From Camelus dromedarius (Eukaryota): a stretch of 64,000 nt of DNA. The stretch is from NCBI RefSeq assembly GCF_036321535.1, contig NC_087437.1, forward strand, positions 47,618,001 to 47,682,000. The letters run 5' to 3'. Below are positions 25,623-39,178 of the stretch, one piece after another (the first letter of the stretch is position 1; each line of letters opens with the position of its first letter). The notes below the pieces were generated by a model. That model saw nothing but the letters and a program-made list of their open reading frames with translations, was not told the origin of the DNA and made no database searches. Made by a program: the position numbers and the translations under genes.

Positions 25623-25733
25623 ATTCCTCTGGAATAAGCAGAATTGCAGATGGATTCAATGGAATTTTTTCTGATCATTGTTATAGTGTTTGTTCTATGA
25701 GACAACCAGACTTAAAATATTTTGACAACAAAG
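25623..25733 (+). CDS. ZNF639: ZNF639 coding exon 2
   Basis: AG|...|GT; (D)SSGISRIADGFNGIFSDHCYSVCSMRQPDLKYFDNK; 111 nt. Confidence 0.96.
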
Positions 25734-26270
25734 GTATATCTAATATTTTCCAAAATATTTTTCTTTAAGTTGCTTATATAATTTTTTATTTCTTATTTGA
25801 AAATGTGGGTGAAAATGAGGGCAAGTGTTTAAACTTGTTTTAAGAAAACAGAAGAGTTTTGTGTAAGAAAGTAAGTAAGTGAATTTTAATTATTAACATT
25901 ATTTCAGACATATAGATCAAAAGCACATCCTTCTAAATCAGTTTTAGTGGGCTAGGAATCAGTGTCAAAGCAGGAATGACCCAGAGCTTGGAGCGCTTAT
26001 TGTGAAAGGTTAAGAATGTTTTTGTACACAGTTCTTCCACTCAGCTATACCTTTCAGTCTGGAGGACTAATGGAAGGAAAGAACAGAGGATGAAGGATTT
26101 GATCATTTTCAATCTTACATTTTCTATTGACTCCTCTTTTCTAGGGCCTTGGATGAATAATAACAACGTGCATTTGTTCTCATCTCCTTCTGTAACCATC
26201 AAAACTCCCAATTCCTTTGAGCTCCTATTACAGGCACAGAAACAGAAATTATTTAAAAAACGTTCAGAGT

Positions 26271-27523
26271 CAGAGACATCAGTATGAACTCATGTTTGGC
26301 TTAATATAGAAACAAATAGTTATGTACAGAAACATTTATAGATATGTTTATATATATGTGGTAGTGTACAGGCACATATTTTTTGTTCTGTTAGCTGAGA
26401 GAGCCTAACAGTAATGACACCTCAGTAGCAATGAGCACATCTAGTGCCCAGATCTTAGTTTCTAATACCATTTTCCAATAAAAGGAATTAAGGCTTCTTG
26501 GAGAAATGGCTGATTCCAGTTCTGGGGCAGGAAATATACAAGATGAGCCCAGAACATCTTGTAGTGCCAGAAAATAAGGAAGTACTCAGAAAACACAAAC
26601 ACACACAGACACACACTCACTCACTTAATACAAGTATGCTAAAGGAGCATATGGAGCCAATTAAAAGAGCTCCCAATAGTCAGTTGTTCAGCCAAAGCTG
26701 AAACAATTTGACAGGGAAAAAAATGAATTATAGCCCAAAGAATAAAATAAATATCCATGAGTCCATACTGATATACATAAATGATCGAATAACTAAATAA
26801 ATAAGAGAGAAGAAACAAACCTCCTATATAGAAGAATTCCAGATTATTTATGTAGATATTCATCCCTCAAGGAGTTGGATCATAACTCTCCACTCCTGAA
26901 GGTTGGACTGTACATAGTGACCTAATTCCAAAGGGTAGAGCATAGAAAGTAAAAGAGTGACTTCCAGTGGAGAAACCTGATAAATACTCCCTCAGCCCAG
27001 GTGACCAAGGTCAACATCAGCAGTCATAAACCATGTTAATAGTAGGTACTCTCAATACGATGTGATGAAAATGTCAGTTTGCCACTGTGTCTACCTCCCA
27101 GTAATCCATATCCCACTCTAATCATGAAAAAAACAAGACAGACTTCATTAGTGGGACATCCTACAAAATACTTGACCAGTCTCAAAATTGTCGTGGTATT
27201 GGAAAACAAGGGGTGTCTGAGAAACTGCCACAGCTAGCAGTAGCCTAGAGACATGACAACTAAATATTATTTGTCCTGGATGGGATCCTGGAATGGGAAA
27301 AGGACACTAGGTAAAAACCAAGGAAATCTGGATGAAGTATGGACTTTAGTTAATAACAATGTACCAGTTTTGGTTATTAATTGTAATAAATGTACCATGT
27401 TGATGTAGGATGTTAATAGTGGAGGAACTGAATGAAGGATATATGGGAATTCTCTGTACTATCGTCTCTTTTTTTTTTTTTTTCCTGTAAGTTTGAAACT
27501 TCTAAAAAATAGTCTTTAAAAAA
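26271..27523 (+). mobile_element. LINE-1 3'UTR (L1MC3/L1MD-like) in ZNF639 intron
   Basis: GGAGAAATGGCTGATTCC...GGATCCTGGAATGGGAAAAGGAC...GGAATTCTCTGTACTATC and A-rich end. Confidence 0.8.
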
Positions 27524-27889
27524 AGACATGATGTTGAAGCCCAGTTTTCTCTACTGACTGGCATTTCAGTTTTTTCATGCACTTGTAACATTGAGGCTTG
27601 GCTAAGGGAATAAAGACTTACTCAAACTCAGTAATTTAAAGTAAAATTCCCAAGTAACTTTAAAAAGTGTATTCTAGTCCAAATGGGACATGGAAGGGAA
27701 AGTAGTTGCTTGTTTGGACAGATTTTCAATATGTCTGTGGTACACAGATAACAAGGTTTTCATAACAAAATCTAAGTCCTTAGTTCTGTTGGAATTCTAA
27801 ATTATTTAAAACATTTGGTGCTTTGTTTTATAGTAATGTTTAATGCTTTGATATAAATAATTAGTATATTTCCAAATCCCTTTTTACAG

Positions 27890-28024
27890 ATGATGATTCT
27901 GATACAGAGACATCCAGTGACTTGCCAAAATTTACAGATGGAATCAAGGCCAGAAACAGAAATCAGAACTACCTGGTTCCCAGTCCTGTACTTAGAATTC
28001 TAGACCACGCTACCTTTTCTGCAG
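27890..28024 (+). CDS. ZNF639: ZNF639 coding exon 3
   Basis: AG|...|GT; (D)DDSDTETSSDLPKFTDGIKARNRNQNYLVPSPVLRILDHATFSA; 135 nt. Confidence 0.96.
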
Positions 28025-28179
28025 GTAAAGGAAACTAATTAATAGCATTTGCACATTTTGTGTAGATCAATGAGAAAATAATGAATAAAATAAATTTATT
28101 TTTTGCCAATTATCTATTTAATAGGTCTTATTTAATAGTAGTAGTAATAATAATAATATACTTCTTTTATTTTTTTCAG

Positions 28180-29333
28180 AAAAATCTACTGATATTGAAA
28201 TTTGTGATGAAGAGTGTGACTCCCCGGAGTCAGTCAACCAGCAAACTCAAGAGGAGAGCCCTATAGAAGTTCACACTGCTGAAGATGTTCCAATTGCTGC
28301 AGAAGTACATGCAATTTCTGAAGATTATGATATAGAGGCAGAAAATAATTCTTCTGAGAGTCTCCAAGACCAAAATGATGAAGAGCCACCAGCTAAACTT
28401 TGCAAAATTCTTGACAAGAGCCAAGCTTTGAATGTGACTGCCCAGCAGAAATGGCCTTTACTGAGAGCTAATAGCAGTGGCCTCTATAAATGTGAACTGT
28501 GTGAGTTCAACAGCAAGTATTTTTCTGATTTAAAACAACATATGATCTTGAAGCATAAGCGTACTGATTCAAATGTCTGTCGAGTGTGCAAGGAAAGTTT
28601 CTCCACCAACATGCTTCTGATCGAACACGCCAAACTGCATGAAGAGGATCCCTACATTTGTAAATACTGTGATTATAAGACAGTCATTTTTGAGAATCTC
28701 AGCCAGCACATTGCAGACACCCATTTCAGTGATCACCTTTACTGGTGTGAGCAGTGTGATGTACAGTTCTCCTCAAGCAGTGAGCTCTACCTACATTTCC
28801 AGGAGCACAGCTGTGATGAACAATACTTGTGTCAGTTCTGTGAACATGAAACGAATGATCCAGAAGACTTGCACAGCCATGTGGTGAATGAGCATGCGTG
28901 TAAGTTAATAGAGTTAAGTGATAAGTATAACAATGGAGAACATGGACAGTACAGCCTCTTAAGCAAAATTACATTTGACAAATGTAAAAACTTCTTCGTA
29001 TGTCAAGTATGTGGTTTTCGGAGTAGACTTCATACAAATGTTAACAGGCACGTTGCTATTGAACATACCAAAATTTTCCCTCATGTTTGCGATGACTGTG
29101 GGAAGGGCTTTTCAAGTATGCTAGAGTATTGCAAACATTTAAATTCACATTTATCTGAAGGGATTTATTTATGTCAGTACTGTGAATATTCAACAGGACA
29201 GATTGAAGATCTTAAAATTCATCTAGATTTCAAGCATTCGGCTGATTTACCTCATAAATGCAGTGACTGCCTGATGAGGTTTGGAAATGAAAGGGAATTA
29301 ATAAGTCACCTTCCAGTCCATGAGACAACTTAA
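28180..29333 (+). CDS. ZNF639: ZNF639 terminal coding exon (acidic region plus C2H2 zinc-finger array)
   Basis: Acceptor TTTTTTCAG| 28179; multiple CxxC...HxxxH fingers, ends HLPVHETT-TAA. Joined CDS is 1458 nt = 485 aa, matching ZNF639 as I recall it. Confidence 0.97.
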
Positions 29334-29369
29334 TTGTTCTCTTTAACTTCCATAATGTTGATGTAAAAT

Positions 29370-29375
29370 AATAAA
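29370..29375 (+). terminator. ZNF639: Proximal polyadenylation signal candidate for ZNF639
   Basis: AATAAA 36 nt after the stop codon; further ATTAAA at 29711 and AATAAA at 30012. Confidence 0.45.
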
Positions 29376-30249
29376 TTTGACTTTTTTTGGAGATATAAAG
29401 ATGGATGATTTCAAACATAACTTATGAGAATTGTCTAACAAGATTTTTTTATAGCTGTCCAGTTTTCTTGGCATTGCTACCTTTTTCAGTATATAATTGT
29501 ATCCTAAATGTGGTATTTTCAATGCATTGTAGTTCATAGTTTTAACCACTTTTAGTGACTGTCGTCTTGTTTCTTGCATGTGTTCTGATTTCATAAATTG
29601 ATAAGAAACAGATGTACTGAAGAAACTAGACTTTCCTTCTGTAAACAGAGGTGCTGTAAACTTTTTCTTCTTTAAACTCAAAACAAGCTCAGTTTTTCGT
29701 GTATGAAGTCATTAAAATACTGCACTACCAGAACTAAAGTGCAACATACATAACACACAGTTAAGTCCATTGATACTCTCATTAATAAGAACAGGACCCT
29801 CTTGAATTCCCCATCAGTTTTCCCCAAGGCTATCAGTGAACGCTCCCACCTGTGTGATTCTTTCAGTGACACTAGGAAGCCAGTTTTATGGCAAGAAGGA
29901 AAAATCTGGTTTTCTTGGCAGTCTTTTTTTAAATTCTCGTTTTATTTTAGCCCCTATCTGTGTGTTAAATAATTTTACATGGTGGTGAGGAGGAGCTTTA
30001 AGGGGCTTAACAATAAAGTAACATTTCATAACTCATTTATAAATGAAACTGGTCATTTATAATCTGTTCACATTTCATTTTCAGTTATGTAACTGCAAAG
30101 TCACGCCCAAACTTCTGATAACAAGTCATTTATTTTCTGAGAAAAGCCGCTGAAGTGTTAAAATAGAAATAGGAAGATCTGGAAGATAGGGGTTGCTGGT
30201 ATGATAAGGAATAAATTACTTTTTATAATAGCAAATCAGTCTTAACTCT

Positions 30250-30621
30250 TAGATTGGTTCCCTGTGGCTACCATAACAAATTGTCACAGAGTGACTCAAA
30301 CAATAGAAATTTATTGTCTCACAGTTCTAGATGCTGGAAGTTTGAAATGTTAGCATAGTTGGTTCCTTCTGAGAGCTGTAAGGGAAGGATCTGTTCTTGG
30401 CCATTCTTCTTGGCTTGTTTATCTCCCTGTATGCAAGTCTATCTCCAACTTCCCCCCTTTTACGAGGAATGAGTCTTTGGATTAGGGCTTATCCTGATGA
30501 CCTCACTTTAACTTGACAAAGACCCTATCCCCGAATAAGGTCATATTTTGAGGTACTGGGGCCAAGGACTTCAATATACGAACTGAGATGAGTGAGGGAG
30601 AGACAACCATAATTCAGTAAC
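30250..30621 (-). mobile_element. MaLR solo LTR (MLT1B/C-like)
   Basis: AAATTTATTGTCTCACAGTTCTAGATGCTGGAAG...AAAGACCCTATCCCCGAATAAGGTCATATTTTGAGGTACTGGGG. Confidence 0.8.
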
Positions 30622-33579
30622 AGTTTCTTAAATAGCACTATCAAGAAGATAGAATTTTGTATATCATTGGCCTCAAATATAAACATTGCTGCTAACAGAC
30701 AATATTGTTAACAATTATTGATGTAGTTGCAACGACCAGTTGTTGACCCATAGTTTTCCTACTGCAAGACCTGTGGGAATTTAGTGTTTAGAGAATGGTG
30801 GCAGCAACAAGTATTTTCAAAACCAATCGTTTATTTTTACTGTTCTGTCTTCTATGCATACCTGTACTCCTAGAAACTACCTTTCCATCTGATTGTAACA
30901 TTCCAGGTAGAGCTATCTGATACAAATGTTTCTTAGAAGATGTAATTGGAAGAAAACCTTACCAACCATTTGGTCTTAACCCTCTAGGTTTCTAAGTTTC
31001 TTACAGAAATAGAAACTTAGGTTATTTTTAGGTCAAGGTCACAAAACCAGTTATAAAAGGCAGGAGTGGAATCCAAGTTATTCGGCTCCCATTCCAATGA
31101 TGTTTCCATTACATCATGTTACATAAAAACCTAAGCTTTGACCTTGGGATGTTTTTCATGGCTACTTAACCTAGCCATTCAGCTTCCTTCCTGGTAATTC
31201 TGTTTTCACACTTTTTTGATATACATCCAGCTTCAGGAATTTGATTTTCAGAAAACAAACCTTAAGTAATGCCTTGATAGGTTTTTATATTTTTGTATAT
31301 TTTACAGCCTTACATTTGATCAGGTGTTAGTAATCAAATTAGAGGTTTTAATGAAACTACTCAAGAGACATTAAACCCAACTTTTAGTACCATATAATGT
31401 GCTTTTTGATGACTTTGCAGCTTGAGGACACATCCCAGTGACAGTTTGTCCGATAAAACCTTTCTGCTTTGACTCAGCTTTCAAATAAGCCTGTGACCAT
31501 AAATTGAGGTAGCAGGTTTATATTTTTGGCTTAACAAACCTACCTAAAAGAAAATTTCTAACTGCTCCTGGGTTTTTTCTACTCAAAGACAGACATTTTC
31601 ACTGTACTCTTCTGTGACTTGAGAGTTCATAACTGATAGTAATGTTTATTAGCATCACAATAGTATTCTTGGCAGCAGTGAACAGTAGTGATGGATCTTT
31701 TTTTATTGTTTTCTTTTTTTTATCTTCACCTTTCAATGAGTTGTTATTGTTACAAGTTGAAAATGTGCGCTACTCAAAAGTCTCTCTTCTTGCTTATAAA
31801 TTTGCCAGTTTTAAATCACCTTAGATTCCTCTGAAGGTATATTATCACATATTAACCAGTTTCTTAGTTTTACGGGGTCTATAGCCTGTTAGGTGATTGC
31901 TGAGTTACTGGCAGGTAAAGCATATACAGGTTTGTTTTTTTTTCAATAAACTAACACTATTCCTAATTTTTAAATCTTGATTTTCACATTAAGTTACTTA
32001 ATTCCTGACACTTTACAGTTAACCTTACTTAGCTTGTTTTGTCAGTCTTAGTACCTTTTGCAAGCAGGTTAATATATTCCCCAAATACTGTTGATTAATT
32101 TTTAATGGAATTTTGATGACTTAAAAGCACTATAAGTGACATAAATTTGAAAAAGCTAATAAAAATCAAATAGCTACAATCCTCTTGGGAAGCAGATTGA
32201 CTTAAAAAAAATCAATACTATTTATTTAAATGAAATAGTTAAGACCAACTGTAAATCCCAACACAGAAACAAATTTGGTTATTCAGGTTTACACTGCAAC
32301 TTAACAGATTCATCCCTATAAATTCAAAATGAACTTTCAGATGTATATTCCTTTGTAACTTTCAGTTCTGGTGACTGAAGATACAGAGTATCTACAAGAA
32401 GTTTTATTCATGGCATTGAGTTTATGGATTTACAAATATAATATATTGGTTTAGCTTTCCATAAATTAATCTCTTAAGACAACTTCAAGTCTAAGACAAA
32501 GAAATGTGTACACCTATAATGTTAAATATAAACTGACAAAGCTAAAAGTTGTTACATGTAATGTACATGTTTATATGAAGTTTATATGCTCAATATATAA
32601 GTTTAAAAAACTAAAAATCTTAATAGTTGCTTGGAGTCTGCTTCATACTAGTGATTTAAAAAGTAATTTTCTGTATAAAATTTTTCCACATTAAAGCATC
32701 ACCACAATTTCCTTATTAAGTTTATTCTCTTTAGTAACTTTGGTATTAAACTGGTAACTACCTGAACCCAAAATAAATCATATTTGTGAAAAGTAATTTC
32801 TTCATTCTAAAAAGATAATTTTCTCACATTGCTAAGTAGAAATACTGTATTATCTACTAGCCTTATTCCCATACCTTAAAAGTGATGGTTATTTAGATAC
32901 TTTTTAAAATAAATTTTTGTTATCACAACCTTTAAGTTTGTTGTTTATTTTGGGTTTTAAAGAGGCAAACAACTATGACCCAGACAATCTTTTTTCTTAC
33001 TAAAAATACTGAGCTGAATGAATTATATATTGAAAAATGTAATGAAAAGTATGTTTTGAATAAAAACTGAAAGTTTTCTAGTTTTCAATAGCAAGATACT
33101 GGCCACCACCAAAAAACATTACAGTTTGAAATAACTGATACTTCTGCCCTTTTTCTTCAGAGTAAGTTGAGATTAGGAATTGGAATCATACCAAAATTAC
33201 ACAGTAATGTAATTTCTGGTGGGTAATTTTTTTTAATCCTCTTTCTAAAGGCCATTCATCATGATGTTTTGAATTTGGAGTTTGGGAGTTTGAGAATATT
33301 GAATTCTCTTTTCGTGCCTATCATGCACATTTTATTTAGGGCTGCCTCTTCTCTTTATGGCATTATATTTCTAAAACATTGCTCAAACTATATTCTATGA
33401 CTGATTACCCTCCTCTTTGCAGCTTTTCCTCACCTCACTTGGATTTTCAGAAAGTCTCAAAAGTTTAAAATGTTCCCCACTGACAAGGTGAGAATGGACT
33501 TACTTTAATTCATCCGCTCTATTCTCCAAACATTTTTATTTTTGTTTTTTATGTTAATTAGACCATTTCTGTCATTCAG

Positions 33580-33712
33580 CTTTTTTTTTAAATTGAAGTA
33601 TAGTCAGTTTACATTGTCATGTCAATTTCTGGGGTACAGCATAATGTGTCAGTTATACACGTACATACATATAGTCATTTTCATATTCTTTTTTATTATA
33701 GGTTACTACTGA
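33580..33712 (-). mobile_element. Short LINE-1 3' terminal fragment
   Basis: Poly-T then AATTGAAGTATAGTCAGTTTACA...; homologous to the terminus of the L1 at ~42020-42150. Confidence 0.7.
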
Positions 33713-34799
33713 ACTGTCTTAAAATAACTTATTCCCTTCGCACCATATGCCATATCACTCACTTCTATACCCTGTAAATATTTTATAAATTCCTGTCTAA
33801 CAGCAATGCTGAATTTATAAATTTCAATGTGTCTTTTTTTTTTTATTTTTAAGAAGCAGAATATCATGGCACAGATCTTAATACTTCTTTATGGTTAGAA
33901 GATTATAGTTAAGTGCCACAAGGTATTCTTTAGTGAACAACTAAATTAATGAAGTAGAAAAACTAACCTAAAATGACAGAATGTTAGTTTGGGAGAAACC
34001 TCAGAGATCATCTCATTCAGACTCATGAAGTGCACAACATACAAAAATAATTGTGTATAGTACATAGTTTTATTTTCACAATTGTAAATTGTATGTTGTA
34101 AAATGTAACATCAAATTTGATTCATTAATATTTTTATTTAGGACAAATAATTTTTTTTAAGCAAGTTGATTGAAAGAAAAACAAAAACAAGTAAATAATC
34201 ATACCCGGACACGGAAAAATTGGACAGGAGAAACATGAATGAAATTTGAGATTACAAAATTCTGATCTTAACTTCTTGTTTATAGCTTAGAAAAATGATT
34301 CTCTAACCTCATTAGGCAAATGCTTTTTAAGCTAGAATAAATAGGACTTCCAACTCTCTACCACTCTTCAAAGAATTTTCTTCAGAAAAAGTTAAAATGT
34401 GCCCTATTTTTTTCATGGAATGTTATACCAGACAGCTAAAGAGAGAAAATAACAGAATAATACAGGACCATGGTATTTGGCTGTGATTTCTAGTCCCCCT
34501 GTTTGCTAAGCATAAATTGTGTAACTATAACCAACGTCATGGATGTAATGTTACCAGATTTTTCTCAGTCCATGGACTCTCTGCAACTCCTCAAAAACTT
34601 CTAGTTCACTACTAGTCAGTTTAACAGCTATGAAAAATCTACTATCAAGCCATGTGCACAGGGATGCATAGATATAAACTATGGTTCTTGTCCTCAAAGA
34701 GATTTACCACATAGGGCAGGAAAATCTGTCACCCTTCTGAAGTACAATTCAGTTAAGTATCAAACTGAGTGCCTTTTGTGTTTCTAAGTATTTGCTTTA

Positions 34800-37190
34800 T
34801 ATACAAGGCTACTGTAAATATTCTTGTATGTGTTGAGGTGTTTGGGGATTTTGTTCTTTTTTTTCTTGGGGCAGGGATGGGCTTCATATACATACATTTT
34901 TTTATTGTGATTAAATACTTCTAAAATATCCAGAATGGCTCAAGTTTATACTCCCATCAGCTAATCATATTTCCCTACATGCTAATCAGCAGTTGATATC
35001 ATACAACTGTTTAATTTCCTGTAAATTTGAGGGTCATAAAGTACCATGTTACTATTGTTTGAATTTGCACTATTTGATTACTAATATGATTGAAAATATC
35101 TTAATGTGCTCATTTTGGGTTCTCATTTTGTGGACTGGTCTCCATATTCTTTGTTCACTTTGCTATTGGGTATTTTGGTTCATTTTCAGAAATTATAAAT
35201 TTTAAATATTGGTCCATTGACAACACACACTGCAAAAAATAGATTCCCAGACTGTCATTCATCTGTTACAAATGTCTTTTGTTGAAGAGAAATTTTTAAA
35301 TTTAACGTAGACAAATTCATCACATCTTCCCTTACAGGTTGTGCTTTCTACATCTGGTTTACAGACCCCTCTCTAACCCCAATGTCATAAACCTATTTTC
35401 CTACATTTTTTTCCTAGTAATTTTCTGGTTGTACCTTTTGTGTTAGGTCTGAGTTTCTTTGTGTGTAAGAATGATTCAAGTTTTATTTTTGTTCATTTGA
35501 GTGAGACAATTTTCTCAATAATATTTGTTAAATGTTGCATCTTCCCCCAGTGATTCATGATACCAGTTTGGTCATATATTAACTCCCCATGGGCATAACT
35601 GGCATATGGATCTGTGTCTGTACTCATTATATTCCTCTGTTCCTGCAATAGTATCACATACTTTAACAGTTGCTTTAAACATTATGGCTTTGCAATATGT
35701 CTTAATATCAGGTAGTATGAGTTTATTCTCTCTTCTCTTCTTTTTGAGAACTGTTTTAGTTATTGGTAGACTTTTCCTACCTCCATGTAAATTTAGGATT
35801 AGTTCAATTTCCATCTAAAGTCTTGTTGGAATTGCATAACAATTATAATCGTTTTAGAGGCACTGGACATATTTACAATGTTAAGTCTTTTCTTTTGTAA
35901 ACACTGTATAATTCTCCATTTATTCAGGTCTCTTTTAATGTCCTTTAAATTTTTTAAAAATATAGGTTGTTAGCAGTTTTTGTTGAAGTCAATTCCTAGG
36001 TTCTTTTTTCCCCCAGATTCTTTACAGTTGGTTTCTTTGACATGCTGTCTAATTTTCTAATTGGTTGTTGCAGGTATATAGGAAAGCTTCTGAATTTTGA
36101 AACATGGATTTTGTATACAGAAACCTTTTTCAGGTTTTAATCTTTTTAGTTCTAATAGCTGTCTTTGCTTAATTTTTAACATAAATAATCATATAATCTG
36201 CTATATATTACATATGTCTCTTTACTTCCAGTCTATGAGTCCTGAATGGCTCTTTTTTCTTATCATAGAATTTGTCATTACTTCCACTACTATAATGAGC
36301 AGAAATAGCATTAGCAGACATTTCTTTAGAGGTAAGACTCCCAAAGTTTTCCCATTAAGTATGTTTTCTGTAGGTTTTGGTAAGTAGCCTTTAGCAGGTT
36401 TCTCAGTTTTCTAAGACCTTTTATTATAAGTATGTAATGCCTTTTTTTAGCAATGACTTTTTTTGTTGCTATTGAGACAAACGTGGGTTTTTTCCTTTAC
36501 GTCTGCTAATATCAATTACATTGGTTGATTTTCTGATGTTGAATTAATTATCTTTGTATTTCTAGGAAAACCCGACATGGACAAAATTATTTTTTTCTAA
36601 TATGGTGTTGGTTTCAGTTAGCTAAAATTTCACTTCTACATTGTTAAGTGCGATTTTCTTTACTTCTACCTCCTATCCAGCATGGTATCAATGTTATTTT
36701 AGTCTTATGAGTGGGTTGGGATGTTTCTTCTCTTGTTCTATGCACTGCAAAAACCTGTATGAGATAAGACTAATCTTTTCTTTAAAGATTTGGTAAAAAG
36801 TTATCTCTAAAATCATCTAGGCCTGGCTTTTTTTTTTTTTTTTTGTATATATGGGAAATTGCCATTTCAGTTTTTTGAATGCTTATTAGCTTTTTTCCTA
36901 TTTTTTCTTAGGCTACTTTTGGTATTTGATGGTTTCCCAGAAATTTCAAACTTCATCTGAGTTTTCAAATTTATTGGCCTTTATGATATCATATATCTAG
37001 AGTTATTTCCCCCTTGGTTTGTGTCTTCACGCATTTTGACATTCTTAAACAGATTTGGCAGTAGTATGTCAAACGTATAAGTTTTTCACATAATTAAATT
37101 TTAGTTGTTGTTAATTTCTATTTGTTTTAGCCTCTATATTTTCATTTTTTCCTTCCTTCTTTATGTTTACTCTGCTGGTCTTTGCCTATG
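34800..37190 (-). mobile_element. Old degenerate LINE-1 ORF2
   Basis: Minus-strand ORF 35572..35814 contains LILPDIKTYCKA (L1 ORF2 LPDFKLYYKA motif); long T-rich antisense L1 text. Confidence 0.75.
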
Positions 37191-37911
37191 AGTCTCCTCC
37201 ATGAAAAGAAAAACAATGGATTAAATTATTTATTACTTATTATATTAAAACACTTATTTTTATAATTTATAATATGCAATGTCATTTTTACTTTGAAATA
37301 CCAGAATTATATTAAACATGTAGTTATTATTTACAGAACTAACAAAGGGATATCATTATGATTTTAAAAATTCAAGCAATATAAGTAAAACTTCACTTTG
37401 AGAGTCCCTATGCTCAAAATTGATTTCAGTGGTTAGGGGTTTCAACATAACTATTAACTGGCATAGTCTAGATTTGAACTGAAGTCTTCAGATCAAGATC
37501 CATGCTTTTTCATTAATTTCCTCTTTAATATATATTTGTTGAATGAACATATGATCCCTAAAGTGGTAACTGGCTTTCACCCTTCACATGCTAGTGGATG
37601 CTTGAAATTCATCCTTAAAATTTCATTCCTTTTTGCTTAATGCCTTAACATGATTGTAAAATAGAGTGCTTATTGGTCAGGCAAGTACAAAGGAAAGCTT
37701 TTGATTACACCATATTTTGTGCTTTTTAATCCTTTATCTCTTCTCCCCACCCTCCCTCTCCATACCATAAACAAAAACACTTACATAAACAGTATGCTAG
37801 TCATTTCTGCTAGGAATCCTTAGAATTGCGCTTCTATCAAAATGTATTTCACGATAAAGAAATTTACTGCAAGGAATATAGGGCTGGCTTAGGCAAATCC
37901 AAAATATGCAG

Positions 37912-37953
37912 GGATAAAGATGTGGGGGGTATATATATATATATATACACACA

Positions 37954-37998
<45 letters not shown>

Positions 37999-38435
37999 GA
38001 CTATTACTTAGCCATGAAAAAGAATGAAATAATACCATTTGCGGCAACATGGGTGGACCTAGAGATTATCATACTAAGTAAGTCAGATACAGAAAGACAA
38101 ATATATGGTATCACTTATTTGTGGAATCTAAAAAATGATACAAATGAACTTATTTAAAAAACAGAAACATACTCACAGACATAGAAAACAAATTATGGTT
38201 ACCAAAGGGGAAAATGGTGGGGGGGATAAATTAGGATTTGGGGGGTTAGGAGATACAAACTACTATATATAAAACAGATAAACAATAAGGTCCTGCTGTA
38301 TAGCACAGGGAACTATATTCACTATCTTGTAATAAACTATCATGGAAAAGAATGTGAAAAGAACATATATAAAAATTGAATCACTTTGCTGTACATCAGA
38401 AACTATTGTAAATTGACCAAATTTTAAAAAATTTT
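37912..38435 (+). mobile_element. LINE-1 3' end (lineage-type)
   Basis: GCCATGAAAAAGAATGAAATAATACCATTTGCGGCAACATGG...GTATAGCACAGGGAACTATATTC; same family as 42005-44067. Confidence 0.88.
37930..37992. repeat. (TA)n(CA)n microsatellite
   Basis: Directly visible. Confidence 0.97.
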
Positions 38436-38484
38436 AAAGGTGAAAAGGCAAGCTGTAGGCTAAAGAAAATATTTATAACACATA

Positions 38485-38920
38485 TGTAAAAGGTTGAGTA
38501 GTATCTCCCAAAAATATATATCCAGGTCCTCACTCTTGATACTTGTGAGTATGATCTTATTTGGAAATGGGGCCTTTGAAGATGTAATTAACTTAAGGAT
38601 CTTGAGATCGTTTTGGATTTAGGATCCAGGATCCAAAGCCCCATACTGGATCTAGTGATTGGTGTCTGTCTGTATCAGAGAAAGGAGAGGGAGATTGAAG
38701 ACAAACGGGAGAAGGCCATGTGAAGGTTCACCTGAGGATGGAGGCAGAGATTGGTGTTATGTAGCCCTAAGCCAAGGAATGCCTGTAGCCACCAGAAGCT
38801 GGAAGAGGCAAAGAAGCAACCTCCCCCTAGAGTCTCCAGAGGAAGGTGAGGCCTGCTGACACTTACTTTATAGACATTTGGCATCTATAACTGTGAAAGA
38901 ATAAATTTTTCGTTGTTTAC
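38485..38920 (+). mobile_element. MaLR LTR (MLT1C-like)
   Basis: CTTATTTGGAAATGGGGCCTTTGAAGATGTAATT...CCACCAGAAGCTGGAAGAGGCAAAG...GAATAAATTTT. Confidence 0.8.
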
Positions 38921-38929
38921 AAATATATA

Positions 38930-39178
38930 TATATCTAATAATGGGCAAGCCATCATTAAAGGCAGAATGGAAATTCTTGGGCAGGAACTGATACTGCAGT
39001 CCACAGACAGAATTCCTTTATTAGAGAAATCCCAGTTCTCCTAAGTCTTTTAACTGGCTGTATCAAACACACCCAGATTACCCAAACTAATCCCCTTTAC
39101 ATAGAGTCAACTGATTGTAGATGTTAATCACAAATACTTTCCCAGCAACACCTAGATTAGTGTTTGAGTAACTGCGTA
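38930..39178. mobile_element. MLT2-type LTR fragment
   Basis: AGTCAACTGATTGTAGATGTTAATCAC...CAGCAACACCTAGATTAGTGTTTGA. Confidence 0.7.

Noticed and set aside
28639..28887. Overlapping 82-aa alternative-frame ORF in ZNF639
   Set aside because: Shadow frame of the zinc-finger codons; deep inside the mRNA with no initiation evidence.
28428..29333. Single-exon 301-aa zinc-finger gene as given by the ORF track
   Set aside because: Starts at a TTG inside the last ZNF639 exon; the frame extends back to the acceptor at 28180 and three upstream exons.
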